Below, piece by piece: positions 11,653 to 22,530 of a stretch of 64,000 nucleotides of DNA. Position numbers and translations under genes: made by a program. The stretch's first letter is position 1. Every line of letters begins with the position of its first letter. The notes beneath the pieces are model-generated. The model was not told the DNA's origin. It did not search any database and saw nothing but the letters and a program-made list of their open reading frames with translations. The DNA is taken from NCBI RefSeq assembly GCF_018977255.1, contig NW_024704743.1, positions 75,766,001 through 75,830,000 on the forward strand, given 5' to 3'. The stretch is from Callorhinchus milii (taxonomy: Eukaryota).

Positions 11653-12096
11653 TGACATTGAAGCCACATTTAGATTCACTTTCTTTGAAGTATCATTAAA
11701 AATCAGCAATATTCACCAACTTGAAAACAATGATGTAGCTCAACTAATGAATTGGATAAGTATTAATGTTCCCATTCCTAATCAATATAGATATTGGTGT
11801 CATGTCTACATTTTAAATCATTCTGAATTAAGAGTTATTTTTGTTTGCAATAATTACTCTGTATAGTTCTTATGGATTGATAGTTAATAAAGCCCAAGTC
11901 ATGTAATTTTCTGAATGACAAACTCAGACAATTCCCCAAAGCAGCTAAAGATACAATAATCCTTAAGATTGGCATGGTGCTTTATTGCATCAAAACATCT
12001 CAAAGCGCTTCACAGAGTTTTTGTAATGCGTAGTGACAGTGTATTTTGTAGGTAAACACAGAAGCCAATTTGCATACACCAATCTCCTGCAAACTC

Positions 12097-12402
12097 GTGG
12101 AGTCCTGTAGCTCAGTGGTTAGAGCACTCGCTTTGCAAGCGAGAGACCTGAGTTCAATTCCAGACAGGGCGAAACCTTGGGCAAGTTTCCTTACTCCACA
12201 CGCCTAATAATAATCCCTCCAAAAAAAACAAAAATAATAATAAATTGGTCATTTTCAATCTACGACTGTTTGTGGGACATTGCTGTGCGCAATTGGCTGC
12301 CGCGTTTGCCCACAAATATACAGTCAATTCACTTTACAGTGTGTTCTGTGAAGCGCTTTGGGACGTCCTCCCGACGTGAAAAGCGCTATATCAAATGCAA
12401 GG

Positions 12403-12437
<35 letters not shown>
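12097..12437 (+). mobile_element. Young SINE, short subfamily, inserted in an older minus-strand Deu-SINE (~11956-12520)
   Basis: Perfect anticodon stem ctcgc-tttgcaa-gcgag; AAAC duplicated at the flanks. Confidence 0.9.
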
Positions 12438-12438
<1 letters not shown>

Positions 12439-12604
12439 AACACCCATGAAGTGAATGATCAATTTCATCTAGTGGATAGTTGGTCACCTTAACACCCACC
12501 TGAGCAAGAAAGTAGGACTTTTTTGTGTACCAATGCAGAGCTCCATCTGCACAAGATCAGAGGATCAGCCTTTAGCCAAGCAATCAAACAAACTTTAATT
12601 TATT

Positions 12605-13800
12605 CTCTTTCTCCTTGTCCACTGGCACCATTTCCATCCCCTAAAAAAAAACAGTTGTCATAACCACTATCCTGAAAAAACCTTCCTTGAACCCATCCCT
12701 GCTCTCAAATTACAGCCCCAGCTCCAACCTCCTTTTTTTCAGTGTCCTGGAATGAGTTGTTGCTTCCCAGCTTCGCTCCTTCCTCTCCCGCCACTCCCTC
12801 TACAAACCCCTCCAATCTGGTTTCCGTGCTGCCCACAGTACAGAAACAGCTTTGGTCAAAGTGACAAATGACATTTTGTCCATCTGTGACCAGGACTCTC
12901 TCTACCTTCATGTCCTCCTTGACCTCTCCACTGCCTTTGACACTGTTGACCACTCTATCCTCCTCCACCGCCTCTCCTCTCACCTCAACCTTCATTGTTC
13001 TGTCCTTGATTGGTTCAGACCCCACCTTTCATACTGTCTGCACTTTGTCCCCACAAACGGCTTCTCCTCCAGTCTCCACATGGTCTCGTGCAGTGTACCT
13101 CAAGGCTCTGTCCTTGGTCCTCTCCTCTCAACCTGTACATCTTAGTGAAATCATCCGCAGACATGAGGATATACAGGTTGAACACTCAGAAGCTGTTTCA
13201 ACTTTCTCATGTATGCGGATGACAACCAACTATATCTCGCTGCTTCCACCCTCGACTCCATGACCACTGCTGTCCTGACAGAATGTCTGACAGACATTAG
13301 ATCCTGGATGAGAGCTAACTTTCTTCGTTTGAACGTCAACAAGACCGAGGGCCTCCTGATTGGCTTCCGTCAGCACCTCCTTCCTTACCTCACTGTCCTT
13401 TCTACCTCACATCCGTGCCATGATCCGCTCTGTCTTCCCCACCTCTGCAACATGCCCGGCTCTGCCACTGCCTCTCCCCTCAGGCTACTGAAACCCTTAT
13501 CCACACATTTATTATATCTAGGCTCATCTACCTAACTCCCTGCTTGTCAGCCTCCAACTCTTTCCTCCACAAGCTGTGGATCATCCAGAACCCTGCAGCT
13601 CCTGTCCTCTTTCCCAGCAGGCTCCGTGACCCCATCACCCCCACCCTCGTCCGGCTCCACTGGCTCCCCATCCCCGGAGGATAGAGTTCAAAATCCTCGT
13701 TCTCACCTTCAAGGCCCTCCACTGCCTTGCTCCTTCCTACTTCTGTGACCTGCTAACCCCATATCAACCAGGTCCGCTCCTTCTGCTCACCAACTGCTGC
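12605..13800 (+). mobile_element. Decayed L2 RT fragment
   Basis: [28 protein letters not shown] and MYADDNQLY motifs across frameshifts. Confidence 0.9.
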
Positions 13801-14654
13801 TCTTGACTGAACTACTATGCCAAACCTGAGGCGTCACACCTGAAACCAGTCGGTGAATACTGATGTTTCTTTACAGGTTCAATGTGCTAATTATCATATT
13901 ATATTTGTTATGAAATAACATATTTCTCAGTTCATTAATAGACTCAATCATTTTCTGTATGTCTGAAATCAGACTTCTGGAGACATAAAGATAATAGAAA
14001 TCCTTCTGTGGGCAAGTGCTAAGAAGTATTGGGAAGGGGGGTTCAATATGCCTGATATTCGTTTAAAATAAATGCCGCAGAGTATCCAAACTAGACTGAG
14101 ATTTCCACATGTGTCACACAGAGTTCTTATGGTTTGACATAAATTCCAAACCTAAGTAAGGAATTGCTTATTGATAAATAGAGTTAATAAATGCCGCACA
14201 GTAGATCGCATTATAGGGCTGGCTTTGGCTTACAATCATATGAAGCTGTACAGTTTCTGACAACAAGCCCAGATGTTATTTACAAATTTGAAATGGCAAC
14301 TTTGGAGCCTGTGGTTCTTGTGGGAATATATACTCTGTATGGCCACCTTGTTGTTGGGAAAGGTTATTTTAGCACTAAAGACAAAAATGACTGGTGAATG
14401 TTGTAAAATATTAATAAACAAATATGCCTTGAGATTCCAGCCATCTGTCCGCAAATAATGATTTTACAAATTAGACCCCATGGCTCCGAGTTGTCTGATC
14501 AGAGATTCATTTCAGGATGATATGAAGGTAATCCCTTTTAATAAAACTAATTCCCCTGCTATGTAGGTCTGTGCTTATCTATCTGCATTGTTTGCTAATT
14601 TATTTGGAAAGATCCTCTATGTAACATTAATTTCTAAAACGCAACAGATGGTTT

Positions 14655-14995
14655 TGGCTGACATTCCAACACAGTGCTGGTGGGTGGGGGCGTGCTGCAT
14701 TATTGCAGGTTCTGGTCTTTGGTTGAGATGTTAAACTGGGGGTTCCGTCTGTCTTTTGAGGTGGATGTTAAGATCCTATGACACTATTCGAAAAGAGAAG
14801 GAAATTTATTAGGAGTGTTCTAGGAAACAATCCCCCAGTTAAATTCGACCATTCATTTCATCGCTGTTTGTGCGAAAATTGGCTGCCATATTTGCCTAAT
14901 TAATACAGTCACTACATTTTACAGTAAATCATGTGAAGTGCTTTGAGACGTCCTCCAAATGTAAAAGTGTTATATCAAATGCAAGGATTATTATC
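14655..14995 (+). mobile_element. Old Deu-domain SINE
   Basis: ggctgacattcc...gagatgttaaactggggg...ggatgttaagatcc...ttggctgcc...gcaaggattatt. Confidence 0.75.
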
Positions 14996-15845
14996 GTTGT
15001 GCTATTTTAATATTGAGATTTTTATCAGCAACAAATAGTGATAGTTTACGACAAATAACCTCTAAAGTGCCAAAATTCAGAAACTGCACTGTACTGGAGA
15101 AATTTAGGCAAAAACACAGAGGAAAAAAATTCCACCTAGTTTTTGGCTACCATTACACTTACCTTTAAACTTTAAGATTGTGCAGAATTGTGAAAAAAAT
15201 TCACAAAAATTTGGAATGTATATGAATTGTGGAAAAACAGCTTCGAAATTGATATGTTTGTCTGTGTATGTGTTCGTAGTGCACAAAGCCGGGATCCAAG
15301 TTTGGTGTTTACAGAGAGAATTTTGCATTTGAATCAATGTTATCACATTGAGACCAAGCCGTTGTGAGGAGTTATGTGTTATCTGCACATAGCTATACAC
15401 TGTTTATATTGCGAAGAGATGGGAATGGAGTCAACTGATGGTGTTTTTGCTTGATTGACTTTAGGGTTTGAGAGTCTCTACCTGAAGCTTTATCCTGACA
15501 CATAAAACATTAAAAATCTATGATATAGTAGGAGTTCATTCAACCCGATTGTATACCAATATGTGTTTGTTCCCCTTATGAAGTTATCTATCCTTATCCT
15601 TAACTGAACCATGTAGAATGGGTCTGGACTCACATAAGATAGATTTTTGATGGATTGCGCTCTATCATAATAATCCTTACAATTAATATATCCCCTCTCT
15701 TGTTAAGTGGTGGTCTCAAAGTGTGTCATAGGATATACTGTAAAAAGTAGTGACTATTTTGTAGATAAAATGTAACAGCCCATTTGTACATAGAAAGAGC
15801 CAGGACCTGAGTGACCAATTTTATTTGGGGAACTGTTGTCCAGGA

Positions 15846-16204
15846 TGAGGATCTGGGTTTGAATCCCAGGCAGGGCGAAATGTTGGGCAAGTTTCCTTAC
15901 TCCACATGCCTCTGTTTGCTTAGCAGTAAGTAGGAACCCGATTGTTAGTCGATTGGTGGATCACTTTTCTGGGGGTAATAATCCCTTTAAAAAAATCAAA
16001 AACAAGTAATAATAATAATAAATAATAATAATTTGGTCACTCAATCCACGACTGTTTGTCCAGACATTGCTGTGCACAATTGGCTGCCGCGATTCACCTA
16101 CAAATATACAGTCAATTCACTGTACAGTATATTCTGTGAAGCGCATTGAGACACCTCGAAGACATGATAAGGTGCTATACTAAATGCAAGGATTATTATT
16201 ATTA
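15846..16204 (+). mobile_element. SINE, long subfamily, 5'-truncated, nested in an old minus-strand Deu-SINE (~15670-16350)
   Basis: B box through (ATT)n tail. Confidence 0.85.
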
Positions 16205-16571
16205 GTAGTAGTAGTATATCGTGACAATCTCCCTTCTCTTTTCAAACATTTTTAAATCTGAAAGTCTGCATGATCTGGCAGAATATCTCATCCGAAGGAC
16301 AGCATCTCTAACAATGTTACCCCAGCAATGCCCTGGAAAGACAGCCTAGACAATGTGGGTTAAAAGTCCTTCTCTTGTGCAGTTAAAATAATTATCCCAA
16401 GCAATCAATAGAAGTCATTCAGGTAACAGATAAATGGATCTGAGTGCACTCTGCTGGTAACCAAATGCACCAGGCATTTGGCAAACCAGTCCATTCTATC
16501 AGTTAGCTTAACTAGCTGGGTTCTTTATACTTCCATTATTTGCAGGCAGGAATTAATGACAGTTTATAATT

Positions 16572-16677
16572 CAGGGTGACCAACAAGTTGTGATATTTAC
16601 CCTATTATTAAAAAAATCATAATTTCTCTATGACTCATTAGACATTGTAATGGTATCATGACTTTTTGGTCACCCTA
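16572..16677. mobile_element. Possible short hAT (Tip100/MER96-like) MITE
   Basis: Inverted termini cagggtgaccaa / ttggtcacccta; no clear TSD. Confidence 0.45.
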
Positions 16678-16773
16678 CACTATAGGGATGCAAACTTCAA
16701 CTTGTGATGTGTTTATTACCATCAATAGTGATAAATATTACATCATCCACTTGATAACTAAAGAATAACTCAC

Positions 16774-16920
16774 AGATGTGACGTTTCCTTCTCCGCCAGC
16801 AAATCCTAATTGGTCTGAAGCTGTTTGTTTTGCTATTGGACTCATCATATCCAGGTCTAAGGAATCCCCCAAGATAGAGGATACCATCTGATTTGTTTTG
16901 CAGATTTCAGCTGGAATCAC
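16774..16920 (-). CDS. Putative 147-nt phase 0/0 internal exon, VIPAEICKTNQMVSSILGDSLDLDMMSPIAKQTASDQLGFAGGEGNVTS; product unidentified
   Basis: Acceptor cctgcatttaag|GTG and donor TCT|gtgagt. Only one frame is open, the length is a multiple of 3, and the sequence is non-repetitive. Confidence 0.65.
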
Positions 16921-17892
16921 CTTAAATGCAGGCCAACGTGTCCACTGTTAGATAGGTTTGGATTCAACCACTTTGAAGGAGCCGGGAGAAGGGGAGTTGT
17001 AGGACACAAAATAAGTCTTTAGTTAGATTGGCATCATTAACCACACTTAACAACATGCTAATTATCACCTAAGACAATTAACATTTGACAAGTTGCAGTT
17101 TTCTCCCTCAGCACTGGTAATTATTAATGTTTTGTCCTCCTGCAACGTGACATCATTTGGCTGCAGAGTGCCAAATCTCCCACCATTGACAAATATAATT
17201 AATCTCACTGATACAGGCAGAGGAATCCCTTTTCCCTTTCACAGAACAAATCGTCATTTGTATAGCCTTGCACGCTAAAAATAATAGTTTGAAAATGAGT
17301 CACCTAAGGAGAATAGACTACTGTTTTCCAAAGAACTGATATGAAAATACTGAGACACACAGAATTTTTATCAAGATGTGAGTTTAATGAGTATTGTTTT
17401 AGCTCGATTCACATACGAGTAATGGTAAGGCTCAGTCCAAATTTATTGTCTGTATACCTGCTCTGCTTGTTGTCAATGTGTAGAAGTTGGGCATTATCAA
17501 GCAAGGTGTTAAAGGTTCATAGTGTATATAACTCTCATTAGCTTTTGGCACCGTTATGAAAGGAACCAGGTCTTAAACCACAACATTTAAGAATAAGATC
17601 TAATTTTCTACTGAACACACCTTAGTCTAGTAAGTTAAGGCACCAATCACTGTAGGGTGGTTGATCAGCACAGAATGGCCTCAGAATGATGAATGAGAGA
17701 CAGTGCTCTCAATGACAAGCTATGTGGTTTTAGCTGGTTAAACTCCAGCAACAACAACAAACATCAAATTGCATTTATAAAATGCCTTTCACGTCGGGAG
17801 GACATTCCAAATACACACTCCACACTAGAAGGTCCCAAAGATCGCTACCAACTTAGCCAGGCTGACACTGTGGAAACTATCAGCTGACCAAC

Positions 17893-18237
17893 ATAATTAT
17901 AATAATCCTTGCATTTGATATACCACCTTATCATGTCTTCGAGACATCCCAAAGCACTTCATAGCATATATGTAAAGTGGATTGACTGTATATATTGTGG
18001 GCGAAATGCAGCTAATTGCACACGGCATTGTCCCACAAACAGTCGTGGATCAAAGTGACCAATTTTATTTATTTTTTAAAGGAATTATTATCCCCAGAAA
18101 AGTGATCCGACAATCGATTAACAACCAGGTTACTATTTACTGCTAGGTAAACAGGCGTATGGAGTAAAGAAACTTGCCCAACATTTCGCCTGCCGCAGGT
18201 CTCTCACTTGTGAGGCAAGTGCTCTAACCACTGAGCT
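17893..18237 (-). mobile_element. SINE, long subfamily
   Basis: Tail, Deu-type body, long internal segment and head with a small deletion. Confidence 0.85.
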
Positions 18238-21200
18238 TATAAACTAATTCATACAAAGCTCATTTTTATTATATATAGAATTCAATTGCTCCCACCACTG
18301 TTCATTTCTTTACCTTCTACTTCACACAGACATTGAAAAAAACTCTTGGGTAAGATACAATTGTGGCATCTCTAATTGCCCCCAAAATACACACATTCAA
18401 CATCTCTTTACAATATAATAATAATAAGGGCTTTGAGATGTCCACAACGTGATGAGAATTTAACCGCTTTTATGAGCCAGTAAGTAACATACCCAACTGT
18501 TAATACTGTTCATTTGCATTTACATATTACAATCTGTGTCCTACAAATTCTGCAAAATTCAAAATCTAGTCCGTTGGAACAATGTATACACATAATGTTT
18601 AATATCATCCTGAAACAAAAACCAGGAAGTTAATGTTGCATCTGTAAAAATGAATTATTTCCTTCATCATTCAATTATTGCCTCCACTCTCTCCATTAGT
18701 GTGGACGAAATGTTCTCAAATATGTATTATATAAATCCAGACCATTCAGTTCTCATAAACGTTCTTGAACATTAAATAGTTTTTCTATGATATTCACGCA
18801 GGTTCTCAATAAAATTGTTTCTATGATTCCCATTTACATCTTTTCCTTCTTCTCTGAGTTTCAGTACAACTCCATCAGTGTTTGAATTACAATACAATAC
18901 AATTTAGGGAGGGTGTCTCAAAGCACTTGAGAATGTTGACTGGGCACCTGAGCTGGGGATGGGAACCAAGGGGATTGTGGAGGGGAAAGATGACCGTAAG
19001 TGCAGTCAAAGAGGTACGTATTGAGATGTGCCCTGAATGAGGGAAGGGAGTAAAGTGGAAATAAAATTCTCCTTCTGTAATCCTCACATTCACTGTGCGT
19101 TGCGTCAAATACATGATCTGACATGTACTTGTATCGCTTAAAGTAAACCTAAGCAGAGCGAGCATTGCAGTTTACTGATCCGAGTACCACACTGTTCAAT
19201 TTTTCTTATGTCATCCATTGTCTAACACTTGCGGAAACCTATCACCATGCTACAGAGTTCCTCTATATGCATCCTCCACTAGGATTCAAACAGAAAGAAA
19301 TGGGAGATTTTCCTTCCATAATTCTCACATTCATTTAAAGAGAGAAAATAGCGTTAGAGAGGGCCTTGCAGCAATCTCAGGTCTTAGAACTATAGAAATG
19401 TAAGTACAGAGACAGCCATTCAATTCATTCTCATAACTCTCTGCGTGGACGAATGTGATCTGACTTTTAACCGGCTTAATTCTAATGTTAAGGTTCAGTC
19501 CACTTGTCTTGGGAGAGCTCTCAGGAGTCAGGACACCTACAGATAATACAATTTACACTGCAAAGTGCATTTGCTGGGATGTAGAATTAGTAACAGGACA
19601 ACTTTCAAGAGGAGTATTTCTCCAACTCTCAGAGTGTGCAATGAAATCACCTTATGCTGTGCACACCAAGACATACCCTCAAACACACTCATACACAAGC
19701 ACTATTTTACTTAAGGACTATTTTCAGAGATCAGATATTATTATTATATTATTATTATGATGATAGCTGTAATAATAATATAGCAATATAGTATAATAAT
19801 ATAGTAAACTATAGTAATAAAGACCAGCTACAGCAAAAACAATAATAATGAAAATAATAAGCCTTGCAGTTGAAATAGCGCCTTTTATGTCATGTGGACA
19901 TCTTAAAGCGCTTTACGGGATTTACTGTAAATTAGTAATTACTGTAAATTTTGCAGGCAAAGCCACTTAGCCTCTATCTTCTCAGGTATGACTATGCGAC
20001 TGATAAAAAAACAGTCTGCCTGGAACTGTTCAGCAATATGTTTGGGAAGTGGGGAATTCAGTACAATAAATGATTCTTTCAGTTACAAAATTCATTTGTA
20101 AGCTGGAGAAACAATGCTGAAATATAACTGAAATAACCTTTGGTTTTGCTGTGCCTTCACTTTGCAGTGGTGAAGAATTTGAAGTGGGTTCAACTCATCT
20201 TTCTGTGTAAAATGAAACCGACTTTATTCTCCCAATTGTTTCCTTGCACCAGTTTGTTAGAATTGAAAAGCCTACAGCTATAAGCACACAAGAATCAGAA
20301 TAAATAACATGAGTGCATCCATTCCTGTGCCTGTATTGTGCTTGATAGGCACCTGGAAATACTTATCACACACACTATTTTAAACCTGAAGCCTCCAAAC
20401 ATTCCTTAACAATTTCTAGAATGGTTTCTCGAACCACCCACACTTCCAGTTGCTGGAGCAATTGACAGGCATTGTTTCCAGCAGTAGAACAACTTGGTAC
20501 AGCCAGCCTCATTTTCATAATAATCTTTGCAATTGATATAGCGCCTTATCACATCGACAAAATGTCTCAAAGTGCTTCGCAGGATTTTACCGTGAAGTGC
20601 AGTGACTGTGTATTTGTAGGCAAATGCGCCAGCCAATTTGTGCACAGCAATGTCCCACAAACAGTCTTGAAGTGAATAACCATTTTTTTAAATTTCAAAA
20701 TACTACAAGCGCTCTCATCTTTCTGCTGACTTCCCATAACAGCATCCTGGCAATCTGTCCCAGCTGTTGACTTTTCTCAGTGTATCAAAATAGGACAGTT
20801 CTTCATACCTGACCACTTCAAATCATTCTCATTGGGAGCTCTGAACATGCACGGCCACTTAACTACAAAAGATTTTCAGTGTTATTAAGGAGCCATGGGT
20901 GCATCCGAGAACTTCTTTTCTAGTTTAAATGTTATTAGGATTGGGCCCAGTACAAAATTACATCAACAACAATTTGTATTTATTTTTGTTTAGGTCAGTC
21001 AGGTGTATGATGCGGAAACAAATTGTCAGAATGGTAATACTTAACATCTGCAATGAAATTAGTGATCTTCTAACACTTAACACAGATTGGTCCACAGGTA
21101 GATCACAATGATAATGCTCAAAAGTCAGCTATATCATTACTATTACTTTGATTTTCTTGTTTAGTTTAACCAGTAACTTCTGATCACCAGTGCAATTCCA

Positions 21201-21460
21201 CGATCGTGAGATGGACGAGTGCAATGTGCAGCATGGCAAACTGCGAGGGCAGCTATTGAGAAAAATCTCAGTGATTAACCCATGGGAACCAGTCGATATG
21301 TCAATATCATCAGGTCACTTTTTTCCAACCCAAGTGTTAACTAGCACATCACATTGTTTCATTTCACCCCCTACATCCCTGAACCATCTCGCACCTCAGA
21401 TTCAATAAGAATGTTGTGTCAAATCAAGATTACTGATGTGTTATATTATTAATAGGCCTT

Positions 21461-21680
21461 GAGCCAAAATGTTCTCATCATTTTAGGCTTAAAACCATTG
21501 TCTTAAAATTTACGATTGTGCAGAATTTTGGAAAAAAGTCAGGAATTTAGTCTTAATTTAGGAGCCAATTTTCAGCAGTTCTTTATAGGTACCCAGTTTC
21601 TGATTAAAGGCTTTCTGAAATTCTGTACAATCTTAAATATTAAGACAGCAAACTTAAGGACATGAAAAATTTCAAACCCC
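21461..21680. mobile_element. Imperfect palindromic MITE-like element
   Basis: tgtcttaaaatttacgattgtgcagaattt pairs with aaattctgtacaatcttaaatattaagaca; a related arm occurs at ~15165-15200. Confidence 0.55.
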
Positions 21681-21750
21681 AAAATATTGCTATTCATTCT
21701 CATCACATACTTATAGAATGACAAACACTACAACAACAACAACAACAAGA

Positions 21751-21801
21751 TTCCATTTATAAAGCGCCTTTCACGTCAGGAGGACGTCCCAAGGCGCTGC
21801 A
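21751..21801 (-). mobile_element. Tail-only young L2 insertion
   Basis: (AAC)n + aagattccatttataaagcgcctttcacgtcaggaggacgtcccaaggcgctgcac matches the 1558-1631 terminus. Confidence 0.85.
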
Positions 21802-22385
21802 CTAACTAAACACTAGCTAAACACTAACTATCAGATCCTGAGCATAAAGAAAAGGAGAACAGTTGGAGATAGTGAGAGCAAAAATTCACCAATAACATAC
21901 TATGACAAATATTTTTTGATAAATCCTCCCAAATCCTTTTGCTTATCTCTGCTCTAAGCCATGACTTTAGTATGCAACTTTTTTATAAAGGCACAACACA
22001 ACCTGTGCAAGTAAAATCCCCCTTTTAGTGAAAATTCCTGTGGTTGCACTGCTGTAAGAGGAAAAAAGGAATACAAGTTTAAGGATGGGCTCTATTCTAA
22101 ACGTTTTTTTTTAAATCAAATAAAAATATATAATCTTGGCATTTTAATCCAGAATTATAATTACTATTTCTACTTGCTTTTTGGGTGTTTCACTCAAAAC
22201 CTCACTATCAGCTGCAATTGCTCATTAGAAATGCAATGGTTCGCAAATGGATTAATTATAAATAATAATCCTTGCATTTGATATAGTGCCTTATCATATC
22301 ACTGAGGCATCTCAAAGTACTTCACAGGATGTGCAGTAAAGTATCATGACTGTAGTTTATAAGCAAAGTGGATTTTCTGCCCTTT

Positions 22386-22530
22386 GTGGTTTTTGGTTAG
22401 CTTAGTGGTTAGAGCACTCGCCTTGCAAGCGAGACACCTGGGTTCAATTCCTGGCAAGGCGAAATGTTGGGTAAGTTTCCTTACTCCACAGGCCTCTGTT
22501 TACCTAGCAGTAAGTAGGAACCCGGTTGTC
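22386..22530 (+). mobile_element. SINE 5' half, long subfamily
   Basis: tRNA head and CORE-like segment, no tail. Confidence 0.8.

Noticed and set aside
12097..12170. tRNA-Ala gene (A/B boxes, TGC anticodon stem)
   Set aside because: There is no proper acceptor stem or poly-T terminator, and it continues into the SINE body in many copies. It is a SINE head.
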